Source of the DNA: an uncultured Actinomycetes bacterium
GTDB lineage: Bacteria > Actinomycetota > Thermoleophilia > RBG-16-64-13
Direction: 5' to 3'
Assembly: GCA_963706025.1 (NCBI GenBank)
Contig: CAVPLM010000005.1
Span: 672,001-736,000, forward strand
DNA: 64,000 nt
In this document: in pieces, positions 43,404 through 54,853 of the stretch
Numbering within the stretch: the first letter of the stretch is position 1
How the letters are laid out: the number at the start of each line of letters is the position of its first letter
Translations under genes and position numbers: made by a program
Notes under the pieces: model-generated
Told to the model about the DNA's origin: nothing
The model's input: only the letters and a program-made list of their open reading frames with translations
The model's database searches: none

Positions 43404-44468
43404 GTACTCTTGGCCGCCGAGGCGAGCGTGGACAGGAGCCGCACCGCTTCCTCAGCCGCGATCCGGACCTGTCCGGCACTCACATCGAGATGCGTCACGA
43501 AACGCACCCGCGTCGGCGCAGCCACTCCGCACCATACGCCCCGCTCTCTGAGCGCCGCTACCACCCTCTCGGCAGTCGCACCCAGGGCACTGACGTCGGC
43601 GATGACGATGTTGGTCTGCACGGGGTGGACGATCTCTAGCCCCGGCACTTCCCGGAGGAGGTCGGCCAGGACCCGCGCCTTCTCGTGGTCTTCCACCAAA
43701 CGGTCGATGTTGTGTTCCAGAGCGTACAGAGCGCCCGCAGCCAGGATGCCGGCCTGCCGCATGGCTCCGCCGTAGCGCTTGCGATTGTTGCGCGCTTCCT
43801 CCACGAACTCGACCGACCCGGCTAGAGCGGAGCCCACCGGAGCCCCAAGCCCTTTGGAGAAACACACCGACACGGAATCAGCTGCGGCCGCATAGTCTCG
43901 GAGCGGGACCCCCGAGGCCTTGTGAGCGTTCCAGATGCGGGCTCCGTCAAGATGGACGCCGAATCCCCCGCTTCCGGGCCAACTGGGCGACCGCCTGCAT
44001 GGCCTCTAGCGGCCAGACGGTCCCGCCGCAGCGGTTGTGGGTGTTCTCCATCTCCACCGCGCCCGTACGGGCGAAATGCTCCCCCGGCGGTCGGATCGCC
44101 CGCTCCACCGCAACGGGGTCGAGGATGCCGAGCTCCCCCGGCAGCGGCCGCAGTTGCAGGCCCGAAAGGGCCGCAGCCGAACCACCCTCGTAGTGGAGCA
44201 CGTGGGCATCCTCGTGCACGATGACTTCGTCGCCCGCGCGGGTCAGCGTACGCAGACAGAGTTGGTTGCTCATCGTCCCAGAGGGCACGAAGAGGGCGGC
44301 TTCCTTGCCCAGCATCCCCGCCACCAGTTCCTGGAGACGATTGATGGTCGGGTCCTCGCGGTAGACGTCGTCCCCCACCGGAGCCTCGGCCATGGCCCGG
44401 CGCATGCCGGGACTTGGCCTGGTGACGGTGTCGCTGCGGAGATCGACCGGTTCGACGATGGGCGGCAT
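43400..44468 (-). CDS. ltaE: Low-specificity L-threonine aldolase (frameshifted)
   Basis: [52 protein letters not shown]. Confidence 0.9.
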
Positions 44469-44477
44469 CTCCCCTCC

Positions 44478-46776
44478 CTAACGAGGTGTAGAGTCCGGCA
44501 ATCCGCCGTCCACGGGGATCGTGGCCCCGGTGGTGGGGGTCTGGCGGGTGGCGAAGAAGAGCACCGCGTTCGCCACGTGGGCGGCAGTCACCTGAGTCTT
44601 GAGCAGATTCCTGCTCTGATAGTAGGCTTCGAGGCCGGCCTCATCCAAACCCCGCGCCTTCATACGGTCGGGGCCGACCTCCGCCCACAGGCCGGACTTG
44701 CAGGTGCCGCATGCGAACACAGCATCGGGCGAGACCATGTTCACCCGCACGTCGTCTCCGGCCAACTCCAAGCTGGCGATGCGGGCCAATTGATGAGCCG
44801 CTGCCTTGGTGGAGCTGTACGCACCGAAACTGGCCCCCGGGGAGAAGACGTTCTTGGTGGAGACGAGCACGATGTCGCCCCCGGTCTTCTGGCGCCGGAA
44901 CAGCCGAGCCGCCTCGGCCAGCACCAGCAAGGTGCCCTCCACGTTGACCCGTTCGAGCTTGCGATAATGCTCGAGATCCAGTTCGGTGAGCGGGGCCACC
45001 ATGGCGATGCCGGCGTTGGCGATCACCAGATCGATGCCGCCCCAGGTGCGACACACCTGGGCGAAGGCGGCCGACACGGAGGCCACGTCGGTCACATCGA
45101 GGGGGACGCCTATGATCTTGCCTGCGAAATCGGCCTCCATGTCACGGATCAGGGTGTCCAGGGAGGCGCCGGGCAGATCGGTGGCGGCTACCAGACAACC
45201 CACTTCGAGAAGACCCCGGCAGATACCGGTCCCGATGGCTCCGGCCGCCCCGGTGATCAAGGCTACGTGTCCGCGAAGAGCGACCGCACCGTCGCCGCTC
45301 GAGGCGGCCGCGGGAGAGCTCGACGCGGCCACCATCCCGCTCGACGCGGCCGCCATCCCGCTCGAGACAGCCCTCGGGGCGTACGAGCCCAACTTCGCGT
45401 GCTGGAGGGTGCGGTATTCCATGCGGAAGAGCTCGTCCTCGGGCAGCCCCTGATAGGGACCTCCGATGCCGGACGTCTCGGCAACGAGGGTCTTCACGCG
45501 CAGAGTGTGCTCGGTTATGTCTCCGACGATGGCGGACTCGCGCAGGTCCGGTCCGGCGCACAGTGCGCCCAGGCCGGGGATGAGGACCACCCGCGGCCGG
45601 GGGTCGAAAGGCTCGACGCCCGGCGGCATGTCTTGGGCGTGGCGTTCGAGGTAGGCCGTGTAGCCGTCGCAGTAGTCATCGACCGCCGATTCAAGCTGCT
45701 CGTGAAGCCGGAGCGGGTCGTCGTAAGCCAGTCCCTCCACCCACAAAGGCAGCGCCTTGGTGCGGATCAAGTGATCGGTGGTGAGCGCCGGGCTGACCAG
45801 CGCCTCGCGCGCCCCCGGTGCGGCCAGAGCAGCCAACACCTCGGGTCCGGTGAGCGCCCGCAGCACCACCCGCTGATAGGGGCGGTCGCAGTCGCCGGTG
45901 CGAGCGGCGAGCAGCCCGCGCACTACAGGCGCCACCGCGGCCAGTCGCTCGTCGGCCGCTGCGGCCCCGGCCGGTCCCGCGTCGGCAGCCGACGCGGCGG
46001 CCACCGGCGTAGCGGCAGCGGGTCCGGAGGCGACGCCGGCCGTCCCCGTGGCCGCCGTCTCTGTGGCCACCGGCCGGCGCGCCGCTCGGTGTCCTTCGAG
46101 GAACCGCTCCGCCCGTGACACCAACTCGATCATCGCCTCATACGACTCTCGGGCCGACTCCCCCCAGGTGGCGATGCCATGATACGCCCAGATCATCCCT
46201 CGAGCCGACGGATCGAGCCTCCAGGGCTGCAGCCGCCGCCAGGGCCAACTTGAAGCCTGGGGTGACGTAGGGCAGCACGATCACCTCGTCCCCCAGAGCC
46301 TGCCTGGCCACGGCCTCGCCATCCGGCCGGTTGGTGAGCGCCAGGATATGGTCGGCGTGTGTGTGATCGACGAAGGTCGCCGGAAGGAACGCGTGCACCA
46401 GAGCCTCGATCGAGGGAGTGAGGCTATCCGCCCGCAGCAGATGGGTCCGGAGTTGGTCGACCATCGCCCCATCATCCAGTTCGGTCAGCGGGCGCAGTCG
46501 ACGAAGATAATCGAGCTCGAGGCCACTGTGATCGCCCGGCTCCATGGAGGCCATGTCCACCCCGGAGGCCTTCACGAAGATGGCGTCTACCAGCTCGCCG
46601 AGGATGTTCTTCCAGGGGGCTTTGACCGAGGAGTTGCCGCCACCGTGAAGCACCAGCGCCGGTTCGGCCCCTAGTAGCCGGCTGGAGTACGTGCGAAAAG
46701 CGAGGGGCTCACCCCACTCAGCGCCGTAACGGGTCACGAACCCGGCGGCTTCCTCGTCCGACCACCTCGACTGCAT
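44478..46776 (-). CDS. Bifunctional class II aldolase / short-chain dehydrogenase (RhaD-SDR fusion type; frameshift near 46200)
   Basis: SRLLGAEPALVLHGGGNSSVK, PSIE..HA, DHTHAD; SDR TGAAGAIG, YSSTK, VNMVSPDAV. Confidence 0.85.
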
Positions 46777-46815
46777 GAACAGCCACCCCTGCTCTCGAAC
46801 TATCCCGCCCCTGTA

Positions 46816-47608
46816 CTACCCCGTCGATTCACCGCGCATAGCAGACAGCATGAATCCGGCGTTCGCGGCCGCCGCCTTCCCGTCGAACACGGCGCTGCCG
46901 GTAACAACGATGTCCGCACCCGAAGCCGCCAGGAGAGCGATGTTGTCTCGAGTAACGCCGCCGTCGACGCAAACCAGGATCTCTCTGCCTCTCGCGGCGA
47001 TCAGCTCCTTGACCTTTGCGACACGTGCATAGATCGTCGGGAGAAGGCGTCTGCCCACTCCATCCCGGGTCTACCGCCAGAAGGACGACCAAGTCGACCT
47101 CGTCCAACAGGGGCGCGGCCAGCCACTCCAGAGGAGTGCCCGGATTGAGAGCCAGGCCTCTGACCAGTCCCCGACCGGGTCCGGAGGCATGCTCCATCGA
47201 CCCGAGGTGCTGCAGCACCCGGTGGATGTGGATCGCCGACTCCACCTGGACCGTGATGATGTCGGCCCCCGCGGCCACATACGCGGCCAGCTTATCGAGG
47301 GGCTCGTCTATCATCAGATGAACATCCTTGAGAAGCGACGTATGCAGGCCCTTGATGTACGGTGGGCCGACGGTCATGGCAGGGCAGAAGCAGCCGTCCA
47401 TAACGTCCACGTGAACTATGCCCACGCCGGCCTGCTCGAGGAGCGCGAGCTCATCCCCCAGGTGCATGAGGTCGGCGGTGAGAGTGCCCACACTGATGGT
47501 GGGACACAGCGACCGCAAACGCTCCAGGGTGCCGGCTGCCGCTGCGGCCGCCGGGCTCCCCGCTGTGGGGTCGCCCGCCAAGGACCCGTTTGTCTGAACG
47601 CCGCCCAC
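46816..47608 (-). CDS. Ribulose-phosphate 3-epimerase family protein (frameshift near 47045)
   Basis: HVDVMDG.F, DVHLMI, ALNPGTP, VDGGV, GADIVVTGSA. Confidence 0.8.
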
Positions 47609-47615
47609 CCTGCTT

Positions 47616-48500
47616 CTACTTCTTCTCGTTCTTCAAAGTCTGGAAGAGCTCGTAGGCCTCCTCGGGTTTCATGAACTCGTGCACGACCTTGCTCACCGCC
47701 TGGATCATGGCCACCGGAGCATCGGACTGGAAGATGTTCCGACCCATGTCGACCCCCAACGCCCCTTCGCTCACCGCCTTGTAGGCCATGGTGAGGGCGT
47801 CCAGCTCGGGCAGTTTCTTGCCGCCTGCCATCACGACGGGCACCGGGCAGGACGCGGTCACGGTCTCGAAATCCTCTTCGATGTAGTAGGTCTTGACGAA
47901 ATTGGCTCCCAGCTCGGCGGCCATCCGGCAGGCCAGCCGGAAATAGCGGGCATCGCGGACCATGTCCTTGCCCACGGCGGTCACGCCCAGGACCGGGATG
48001 CCGTACCGGTAGCCCATGTCGACCAAACGGGTCATGTTGTGGATGGATTGGGTCTCGTACTCCCCGCCGATGAAGACCTGCACCGCCACGGCGGACACGT
48101 TCATGCGCACCGCGTCCTCCATGTCCACCGCCAGTTGCTCGTTGGAGAGCTCGCGGAGGATGCTGGGACCTCCGCTGGCGCGCATCACCACCCCTCGTTC
48201 GTAGGTCGGAGGGACGATGGAACGAAGGATGCCGCGGGTGAGCATCAGAGCGTCGGCGTATGGGGCGAGAGGAAGGATGCTGACGTCCACCCGCTCGAGC
48301 CCCGAAGTGGGGCCCTGGAAGTAGCCGTGATCGATGGCCAGCATGACCGTGCGGCCGGATTCGGCGCGGAATATGCGGGCCAACCGACTCTGCATGCCCC
48401 AGTCGAGGGAGGTGGAGCCCTTCAGGAAGAAGGCCTCTTGCCGTTGCGGTATGTCGAGATAATAGTTCTTGGATTCCTTGAGGCTGTCGATATCTGGCAT
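47616..48500 (-). CDS. lsrF: LsrF-like class I aldolase/thiolase
   Basis: [54 protein letters not shown]. Confidence 0.85.
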   Translation of the reverse strand: MPDIDSLKESKNYYLDIPQRQEAFFLKGSTSLDWGMQSRLARIFRAESGRTVMLAIDHGYFQGPTSGLERVDVSILPLAPYADALMLTRGILRSIVPPTYERGVVMRASGGPSILRELSNEQLAVDMEDAVRMNVSAVAVQVFIGGEYETQSIHNMTRLVDMGYRYGIPVLGVTAVGKDMVRDARYFRLACRMAAELGANFVKTYYIEEDFETVTASCPVPVVMAGGKKLPELDALTMAYKAVSEGALGVDMGRNIFQSDAPVAMIQAVSKVVHEFMKPEEAYELFQTLKNEKK

Positions 48501-48684
48501 GGATCGTTCTCCACATCGGCCGGCATGGAACGGACCAACAGATTCTAGCAGAGGGCGAACCACCGCCCGACTGTTTGGGAAGACCCCGTCCTCCTGCCAT
48601 AATGGCGCGAGACCACAGGACGTGACGGCAGGAAATGACGCGAGGACGCATGAAAGCAAGCGATCTCGGGAACGGCACTCAGCG

Positions 48685-49476
48685 ATGAGCGCCGTCAGTC
48701 ACATCAGATGTCGTGAGTGCCGGACTCCGAACGAGCCCGGAGCCTTGTTCTGCGGCCGTTGCGGCGCTTCTCTTACCGGCTCGATCCACGGCGGGGCCCG
48801 ACGCCGAGGCGGGCGTGTGACGGCCGCCGGCGTGGCGATGGGGTTTGCTCTTTTCCTCATACTGCTGGCGACCACGTTCATCCTGGGCTTCATCGTCTAT
48901 CGGGCGCTCGCGTTGGGCGAGACCGTCGACCCTTATGCCGGTCGATCCGGGACGACCGCCTCTATCGTCGCGGACGCTTCCGATAACCCCGGCGGCGCCG
49001 GCTCTGGCGGCTCCTCCTCCGCGCCTACCGCCACGGCCATCCGAGCGCCGGCCGCCTCCGCTTCCTCGGTGCTGAAAGCGACCACCAGCAGCAACTTCCG
49101 CCCTCCGAACCTACTCGATGACGACCTCACCACGGCGTGGATCGAAGGCGAGGAGGGGCCGGGGTCAGGCGAATGGGCGCGCTTCGACTTCTTCCAACCG
49201 GTTGTCCTCGACCGCCTCGAGATCGCCAACGGCTACCAGAAGGACGACGATCGCTTCTTCAGCCATGCGCGCGTCAAGTCCCTGAAGGTGGAGTACTCGA
49301 ACGGCGCCACCCAGTTGGTGGAGTTGCTGGACAGCAAGGATCTTCAGTCAGTCACCACGGCACGCAGAGCCACCGAGTGGATCAAGCTGACCATCGTCTC
49401 CGTCTATCCGGATTACGAGTGGGAGGACGCAGCCCTCTCCGAGGTGCGCGTATACGCATTGCCGGACGAGCAGTAG
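48685..49476 (+). CDS. Zinc-ribbon, TM and discoidin-like (NADase-type glycan-binding) domain protein
   Basis: CRECRTPN...[26 protein letters not shown]...GEW, NGYQK, ALSEV. Confidence 0.75.
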   Translation: MSAVSHIRCRECRTPNEPGALFCGRCGASLTGSIHGGARRRGGRVTAAGVAMGFALFLILLATTFILGFIVYRALALGETVDPYAGRSGTTASIVADASDNPGGAGSGGSSSAPTATAIRAPAASASSVLKATTSSNFRPPNLLDDDLTTAWIEGEEGPGSGEWARFDFFQPVVLDRLEIANGYQKDDDRFFSHARVKSLKVEYSNGATQLVELLDSKDLQSVTTARRATEWIKLTIVSVYPDYEWEDAALSEVRVYALPDEQ

Positions 49477-50759
49477 GGGAGCGCCGCCCCCCGGCGCACC
49501 GCCTCCTTTCCGTATTTTTCCCGGATGGTATCCAGCTTGAGATCGAGCTCCCTGAGCAACGGCAGCTCCTGGTCGAAAAGGTCGTCCTGCCAGGCGCGCG
49601 GCACCAGGTTGCTGAGCCCCACTCCCACCAACCGCAGGTGATAGCGCCTGCGGCGCCCCGTGCCGGAAGAGGGCCAGCACTTCTTTGAAGAACGCCTCGT
49701 CCACATCCAGAGGCCGGGACAAGGTGTGGGAACAGGTGTGGGTGACGAAGTCCGAATAGCGGATCTTGACCGTCACCGTGCGGGCCTCCAGACGCTGGCG
49801 GCGCAGGCGGCGACAGACATCCTCGGTGAGCGCGACCAGCGTCGACTCGAGCAGGCTCACATCGGAGACGTCCTCTTCGAAGGTGTGCTCCCGGGAGATG
49901 GACTTCACCTCTTCGTTGGGAGTCACCCGGCGCAGGTCTTCGCCCCGGGCCCGGTGAGCGAGCAGTTCCCCCCACTCGCCGAAAGAAAGACGAAGCAGGT
50001 GCGGTGGCACCCGGGCCAGATCGCCCACGGTAGTCACGCCCCGGTCGCGTAGCTGTTCCAGGAGCGCCGGACCCACTCCCGGCAGTCGCTCCACGGGTAG
50101 AGGCGCCAGGAATTCCGCCTCCGTTCCCGGCGGGACCACGGTGAAACCGGCCGGCTTGTGATGGTCGGAGGCTACTTTGGCCACCAGCTTGTTCGTGGCC
50201 AGCCCTACGGAGATGCTCAGATGGAGCTCGTCCACCACCCGCCGCTGGATGAGCCGGGCCGTCCGCACCGGCGGCCCGAACAGCCGCTCGGTGCCGGTGA
50301 GATCGAGATAGGCCTCGTCCAGGCTCATCTGCTCCACCAGAGGCGAGTAGCCCTCCAGCATGGCCATCAGACGGCGGGAGTAGTCGAGGTAGAGCCGGTG
50401 ATGCCCGGTGAGATACACCCCATGGGGACAGAGACGCCTGGCAGTGCGGAGAGGCATGGCCGAATGTATGCCGTACCGCCGGGCCACGTAGTTGGCGGTG
50501 GAGACCACTCCCCGTTCCCCACCGCCGACGATGACCGGCTTGCCCCGCAGGGAAGGATCCCGATTCTCCTCCACCGCGGCGAAGAAGGCGTCGAAGTCGA
50601 GATGGGCTATCACCCGATGAGCGGCGTGCGGCCGGGCGATGGTGCCGGAAGCAGGCCGGGCGCCGGCCCCGGCGCCGCCGGGGCCGCGGCGGGTTTGGCG
50701 CCGCACCCTTCCCCGATGATGCCGGCGCCGGACTCAGTGGATGTGGTCCGTCCTTCCAT
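49413..50759 (-). CDS. dinB: DNA polymerase IV (frameshifted)
   Basis: HLDFDAFFAAVE, GVVSTANY.AR.YGIHSAM, SLDEAYLD, AKVASD..KP.G, LPGVG. Confidence 0.92.
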
Positions 50760-50767
50760 GGGACTGT

Positions 50768-50796
50768 AGGATAACCGAACATATGTTCGTTGGCAA
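50768..50796 (-). promoter_or_regulatory. dinB promoter with Gram-positive LexA (SOS) box
   Basis: Perfect CGAAC-ATAT-GTTCG at 50776-50789 inside TTGCCA-N17-TATCCT. Confidence 0.88.
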
Positions 50797-50846
50797 GGGG
50801 CATCGATCGGTCCGGCGGCCTTCATCGACCTCGGAGGCTTCGCCCG

Positions 50847-52742
50847 TTACCGAAGCAACAGGTAATAGAGCAGTACGCAGACCTCGCCTCTAGTGGCAGA
50901 ACCCATGAAGGCATAGCTCTGTCCCATGCCCACGATCCCGTCGAGAAGACCAGCATAAGCAGCCTTCCTGGCGTTCCGATAGTGCTCAGGGGTAGAGAAG
51001 CTGCCCTCAGTGAACGGCGCAACGTAGCCGTTGGGCGGCTCGATGAGATTGGCCGCGCGGCTGACCATTGTGATGAGTTGCTCTCGGGTTATGTTGGAGG
51101 TTGGGGCGAAGGTGGTCGCCGTCTTGCCCATGGTGATGCCGCTTGCCGCGCACACGGCCACATACTTGGAAGGGTAGAACGGATCGGTACCCACCTGCGC
51201 ATCAACATCGACGAAGGGGCAGATTTCATTCCCGGTCACGGTAAGGCCAAGGGTCTTCACGATCATCTTGGCGAACTGTTGGCGGGTCACAGGGTCGCCC
51301 GGGCCGAAGTTACCGTTGGTGTAGCCGTTGATGATGCGGCGGGAGGCCAGATCCATGATGGCGTTGTAGTAGGGGTGGGTGGAGGGGACGTCGGGGAAGC
51401 CAGCGACGGCCTTGGTGGTGAAGCTCCAGCTGTACATCCCGGGCAGGGGCAGGCCGTTGTCCGCCGTGACGTCGGTGCTCAGGCCGGCCGTGTAGACGGT
51501 GCCGGGCTGCAGGTCACCGGTAGGGTCGAGGGTGGCCGTGCGAGAGGCTGCGTCGTAAGTCACAGTGGCCGCCACCGGCTCGGCCGTCGCGGCCGCTCCC
51601 CACGGTCCGCCGGCGCGCAGCCCCAGCGTCGCCGGCGACGCCCGCAGGGTGAACGTGGCCACACTGATGCTCGAGGCGTCCATGTCGCGACTGAAGGCCG
51701 CGGTCACGCTGGTCGTCACAGCGACATCGGTGGCACCGTCAGCGGGTGAGTTGTTCTGCACGGTGGGCCAGCTGGGCGTCCCGCCGGCCGTGTGGAACAA
51801 GGCCCGGTAGGGACCGTCCATGGGGTTGTAGACCGCGTCGGTCACAGCAGCATCAACCACAAGCTGGTAGTCGGTGTTGGGTGAGAGGGTCACTAGGGGC
51901 TGGATGGTGACGCGGTGGGTGACGGGATCGTAGGTATTGAGGGCCGGGATCCGCGAGCCGCCGAGTTTGCGAACGAAGACCATGAAGGGGCCCATATTCC
52001 CCGAATCCATCTCCTCGCTGAACGTCACCGTCGGAACGACTTTCACGGATACGTCGACAGCACCAGGCGTTGGGTCGCTGGCGACGACCGTGGGCGCCAA
52101 CGGCGGACTAAGGCTGGTCGGCACGTTCAGGTGAACCAAGGGCGGATCGACGGTGCCACCCGCCTCCCAGCTGGCGCCGCCGGCATTCTTCGCCGGGTCC
52201 TCGGGGTCGGCGGCATCGGTCAGGCCGGCCACGAAGTCCAACTGGAAGTCGCCGGACTTGCCGTGGGTATCGATGTAGATCGTTACCGTGGTGGGCGTCT
52301 CGGCCTCCGTGGTGATGACGTCGCTGAACCCCGCCCACCAGCGGTAGCCGGCCTTGGGCCCGCCGTGGGTGGCGTCGACCGGCGCCGCTTCCCAGGTCGC
52401 GCCGAAGTAGTCTGCGATGGGGTGCGAAGAGTGGATCCGATGCTGACCCGTCTGGCTGCCCTGGGGTTGATACTTCGCGAAGTCGACCTCCCACTCCACG
52501 GGCATGCGGATGGCCAGCACGGCGCGCTGGTCTTCGGCGGCCGCAAGTGCCATTGCAGCACGCATCTGGGGTCCAGGCCAGACGGTCAAGGTCAGTGGAT
52601 AGCTGGGTCCGGCTTCGAACCCACCAGGTGGCAGCCCAAGGGTGTAGTTCACTAATCCGTAGCAGCCGCCGGTCACTAGCGCCGTGATTCCCAAAACCAC
52701 AAGGAGCGCAAGCCACCTGTAGCGCGACATGAGATAGCGCAT
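50847..52742 (-). CDS. Exported protein with two Big_5 Ig-like domains and C-terminal SLH repeats
   Basis: VTGGC lipobox-like; PTV...P.GA.DV...VTFSE.MD twice; FPDVPSTHPYY..I..L...IINGY.NG.FGP..PVTRQQFA SLH. Confidence 0.85.
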   Translation of the reverse strand: MRYLMSRYRWLALLVVLGITALVTGGCYGLVNYTLGLPPGGFEAGPSYPLTLTVWPGPQMRAAMALAAAEDQRAVLAIRMPVEWEVDFAKYQPQGSQTGQHRIHSSHPIADYFGATWEAAPVDATHGGPKAGYRWWAGFSDVITTEAETPTTVTIYIDTHGKSGDFQLDFVAGLTDAADPEDPAKNAGGASWEAGGTVDPPLVHLNVPTSLSPPLAPTVVASDPTPGAVDVSVKVVPTVTFSEEMDSGNMGPFMVFVRKLGGSRIPALNTYDPVTHRVTIQPLVTLSPNTDYQLVVDAAVTDAVYNPMDGPYRALFHTAGGTPSWPTVQNNSPADGATDVAVTTSVTAAFSRDMDASSISVATFTLRASPATLGLRAGGPWGAAATAEPVAATVTYDAASRTATLDPTGDLQPGTVYTAGLSTDVTADNGLPLPGMYSWSFTTKAVAGFPDVPSTHPYYNAIMDLASRRIINGYTNGNFGPGDPVTRQQFAKMIVKTLGLTVTGNEICPFVDVDAQVGTDPFYPSKYVAVCAASGITMGKTATTFAPTSNITREQLITMVSRAANLIEPPNGYVAPFTEGSFSTPEHYRNARKAAYAGLLDGIVGMGQSYAFMGSATRGEVCVLLYYLLLR

Positions 52743-52891
52743 GTCTTTCCCTCCCGAGACCCGAACCGGCCCTCTCGTCGTCGCCCACCGGCACGCCTGG
52801 CGGTCGTGGCCCACCAACACTCGTAGCGGTCGCGACGCCGGGATCAGTGAAGTTGCTTCAGTCTATCACCCATGTCTGGGTCGTAGGCAGA

Positions 52892-53487
52892 CTAGTCTCC
52901 GCCCCGCAAGCCTTCCAGACCCTCTCTAAGCAGCCAGGGCACCATCAGCAATGCGGCCACCGGGTCGGCCCACCACCAGCCTGCGGCTGCGTTTAGCGTC
53001 AGACCGAGAAGAAGGGTGAGCGACAGATAGGCGCAGGCCAGGGTCTCCCTGGCTCGGCCCGCAGCGCGCCACTGCCCAGGCCGGCGGCCGTCCGCAGCTT
53101 GGCCCAGCCGAGAAGGGGCATGACCACAAGCGAAGCCGCCGCCAGAGCGATTCCCGCCAGGCTGCTCGCCGGGTGGTCGCCCGATACCAGGGTCACGACA
53201 GCCTGGACGCTCACATAGGCGGCCAGAGCGAGGAAGGTCAGCCCCACGAAGCGGTGGGCCCGCCGCTCGGCCGTCTCGATGCGCCCCGGGTCGTCCGACC
53301 TGCTCTCGACCCGCAGCCGCCACAACAGCACCGCTGCCGCCGCGCACTCGATGACACTGTCCAGCCCAAAGCCCAGGAGAGCGATGCTGCCGGCTTCCGT
53401 ACCCGCCCAGACGGCGACGACGGCCTCGATGACGTTGTAGGCGAGGGTGGCGCCTACCAGCCACAGGGCGCGTCGAACCAGCGTCAC
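52892..53487 (-). CDS. Short CDF-type cation transporter (frameshifted)
   Basis: [32 protein letters not shown]. Confidence 0.75.
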
Positions 53488-53488
53488 C

Positions 53489-54853
53489 TCAGTCGATCTC
53501 TCCGGCCAGGGCCTCGTAGCCGGGGCGTCCCATGAGGGCGTACGTGGCCTGCTTGCTCAGTTCCACTCCAGGCTGGTCGAAAGCGTCGACGTCGTACAGT
53601 TCGCCGGCGATCGCGGTCGCCATCTCCAGCAGGTAGATCAGGGCCCCCATCGAGAAGGCATCCACCCGCGGCAGCGTGATGGTCAGAGAGGGCCTGCCCT
53701 TCTGGGCCAACGCCCACGCTGTGGACCTCTGCTCGGCCCACAGCAACTCGGCCAGAGTGTGGCCGCCCAGGTAGGCCAGTGCCTCCTCCTCGGGACCCGG
53801 AGCGGGGATGGGCACGGTCTCGGCAAACTCCCCCACCCCCAGGAAAGTGATCACCTTGTCGTCCGGTCCCTCCGCGTAGAGCTGCAGCTGGGAGTGCTGG
53901 TCGGTTACGCCCAGCGCCTTGACGGGCAGAGGGCCCACGTTGACCTGGCGTCCCTGCCGGTCGACCGCTTTGCCCAGGCTCTCCGCCCACAACTGCCGGT
54001 ACCAGTCGGACAGGTCACGCAGGCGGGCTGAGTAGGGCATCATCACGCTGACTCTGCGTCCCAGATGGGTGTCCTCTAGGTACTGGACGCCGGCGAACGT
54101 GCAGGCCGGGTTGTCCCACCCCCCGGTGGCCCCGATCCACTGGGCCATATCCCGGGCCCCCGCGAGAAGCGCGCCCACGTCCATCCCGGTAAGCGCGGCC
54201 GGGAGCAATCCCACCGCGCTCAAGACTGAGAACCGCCCCCCCACACCGGGCGGCAGGTCGAACATGGGCACCCCCGAGGCGGCCCCGATCTTGCGCAGCA
54301 CACCGCCGGTCGGATCGGTGGTGAACACCAGATGGTCTTTGACCGCCGCCCCGCCCACAGCGGCCTCTAGACGCTCCCGGACCACCAGATAGCCCGCCAT
54401 CGACTCTCCCGTGGTCCCCGACTTGGAGATGACGTTTACCAGGGTCCGGCTGAGATCCAGACGACCGAGCACCGCCGCCGTCTCGTCGGGGTCGACGTTG
54501 TCGAGCACGTAGAGACGAGGCCTCTGACCGCGTTCGGCAGGGCTGAGCTCGTTGTAGTGGAAGGGTAGAAGGGCGGTGGCCAAGGCGGTGGTGCCCAGCG
54601 CCGATCCGCCGATACCGATGACGAGCAGGGAGTCGTACCTGCCTCGCCTTTCGTCCGCGAACGCCAGAAAGCCGGACGGGTCTCGGCGAGGGAGGTCCAT
54701 CCAGCCCAGCATCCCGGTCCCGGCGTTCTGGAGCAGCACCTTGCGGGCCTGCTGCAGGCGGGGCCGCAGTTCTTCCAGCATGGGGGGCGTCAGCCCCCGT
54801 TCTTGGCCCGGCCCGGCCATGCAACGCTCGATATCCAGCGACAGTCTGTCCAC
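53489..54853 (-). CDS. pgi: Glucose-6-phosphate isomerase
   Basis: IGIGGSALG, ISKSGTT.E, GGRFSVLS, QLWAESLGK, DQHS, FDQPGVE..K. Confidence 0.95.
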   Translation of the reverse strand: MDRLSLDIERCMAGPGQERGLTPPMLEELRPRLQQARKVLLQNAGTGMLGWMDLPRRDPSGFLAFADERRGRYDSLLVIGIGGSALGTTALATALLPFHYNELSPAERGQRPRLYVLDNVDPDETAAVLGRLDLSRTLVNVISKSGTTGESMAGYLVVRERLEAAVGGAAVKDHLVFTTDPTGGVLRKIGAASGVPMFDLPPGVGGRFSVLSAVGLLPAALTGMDVGALLAGARDMAQWIGATGGWDNPACTFAGVQYLEDTHLGRRVSVMMPYSARLRDLSDWYRQLWAESLGKAVDRQGRQVNVGPLPVKALGVTDQHSQLQLYAEGPDDKVITFLGVGEFAETVPIPAPGPEEEALAYLGGHTLAELLWAEQRSTAWALAQKGRPSLTITLPRVDAFSMGALIYLLEMATAIAGELYDVDAFDQPGVELSKQATYALMGRPGYEALAGEID

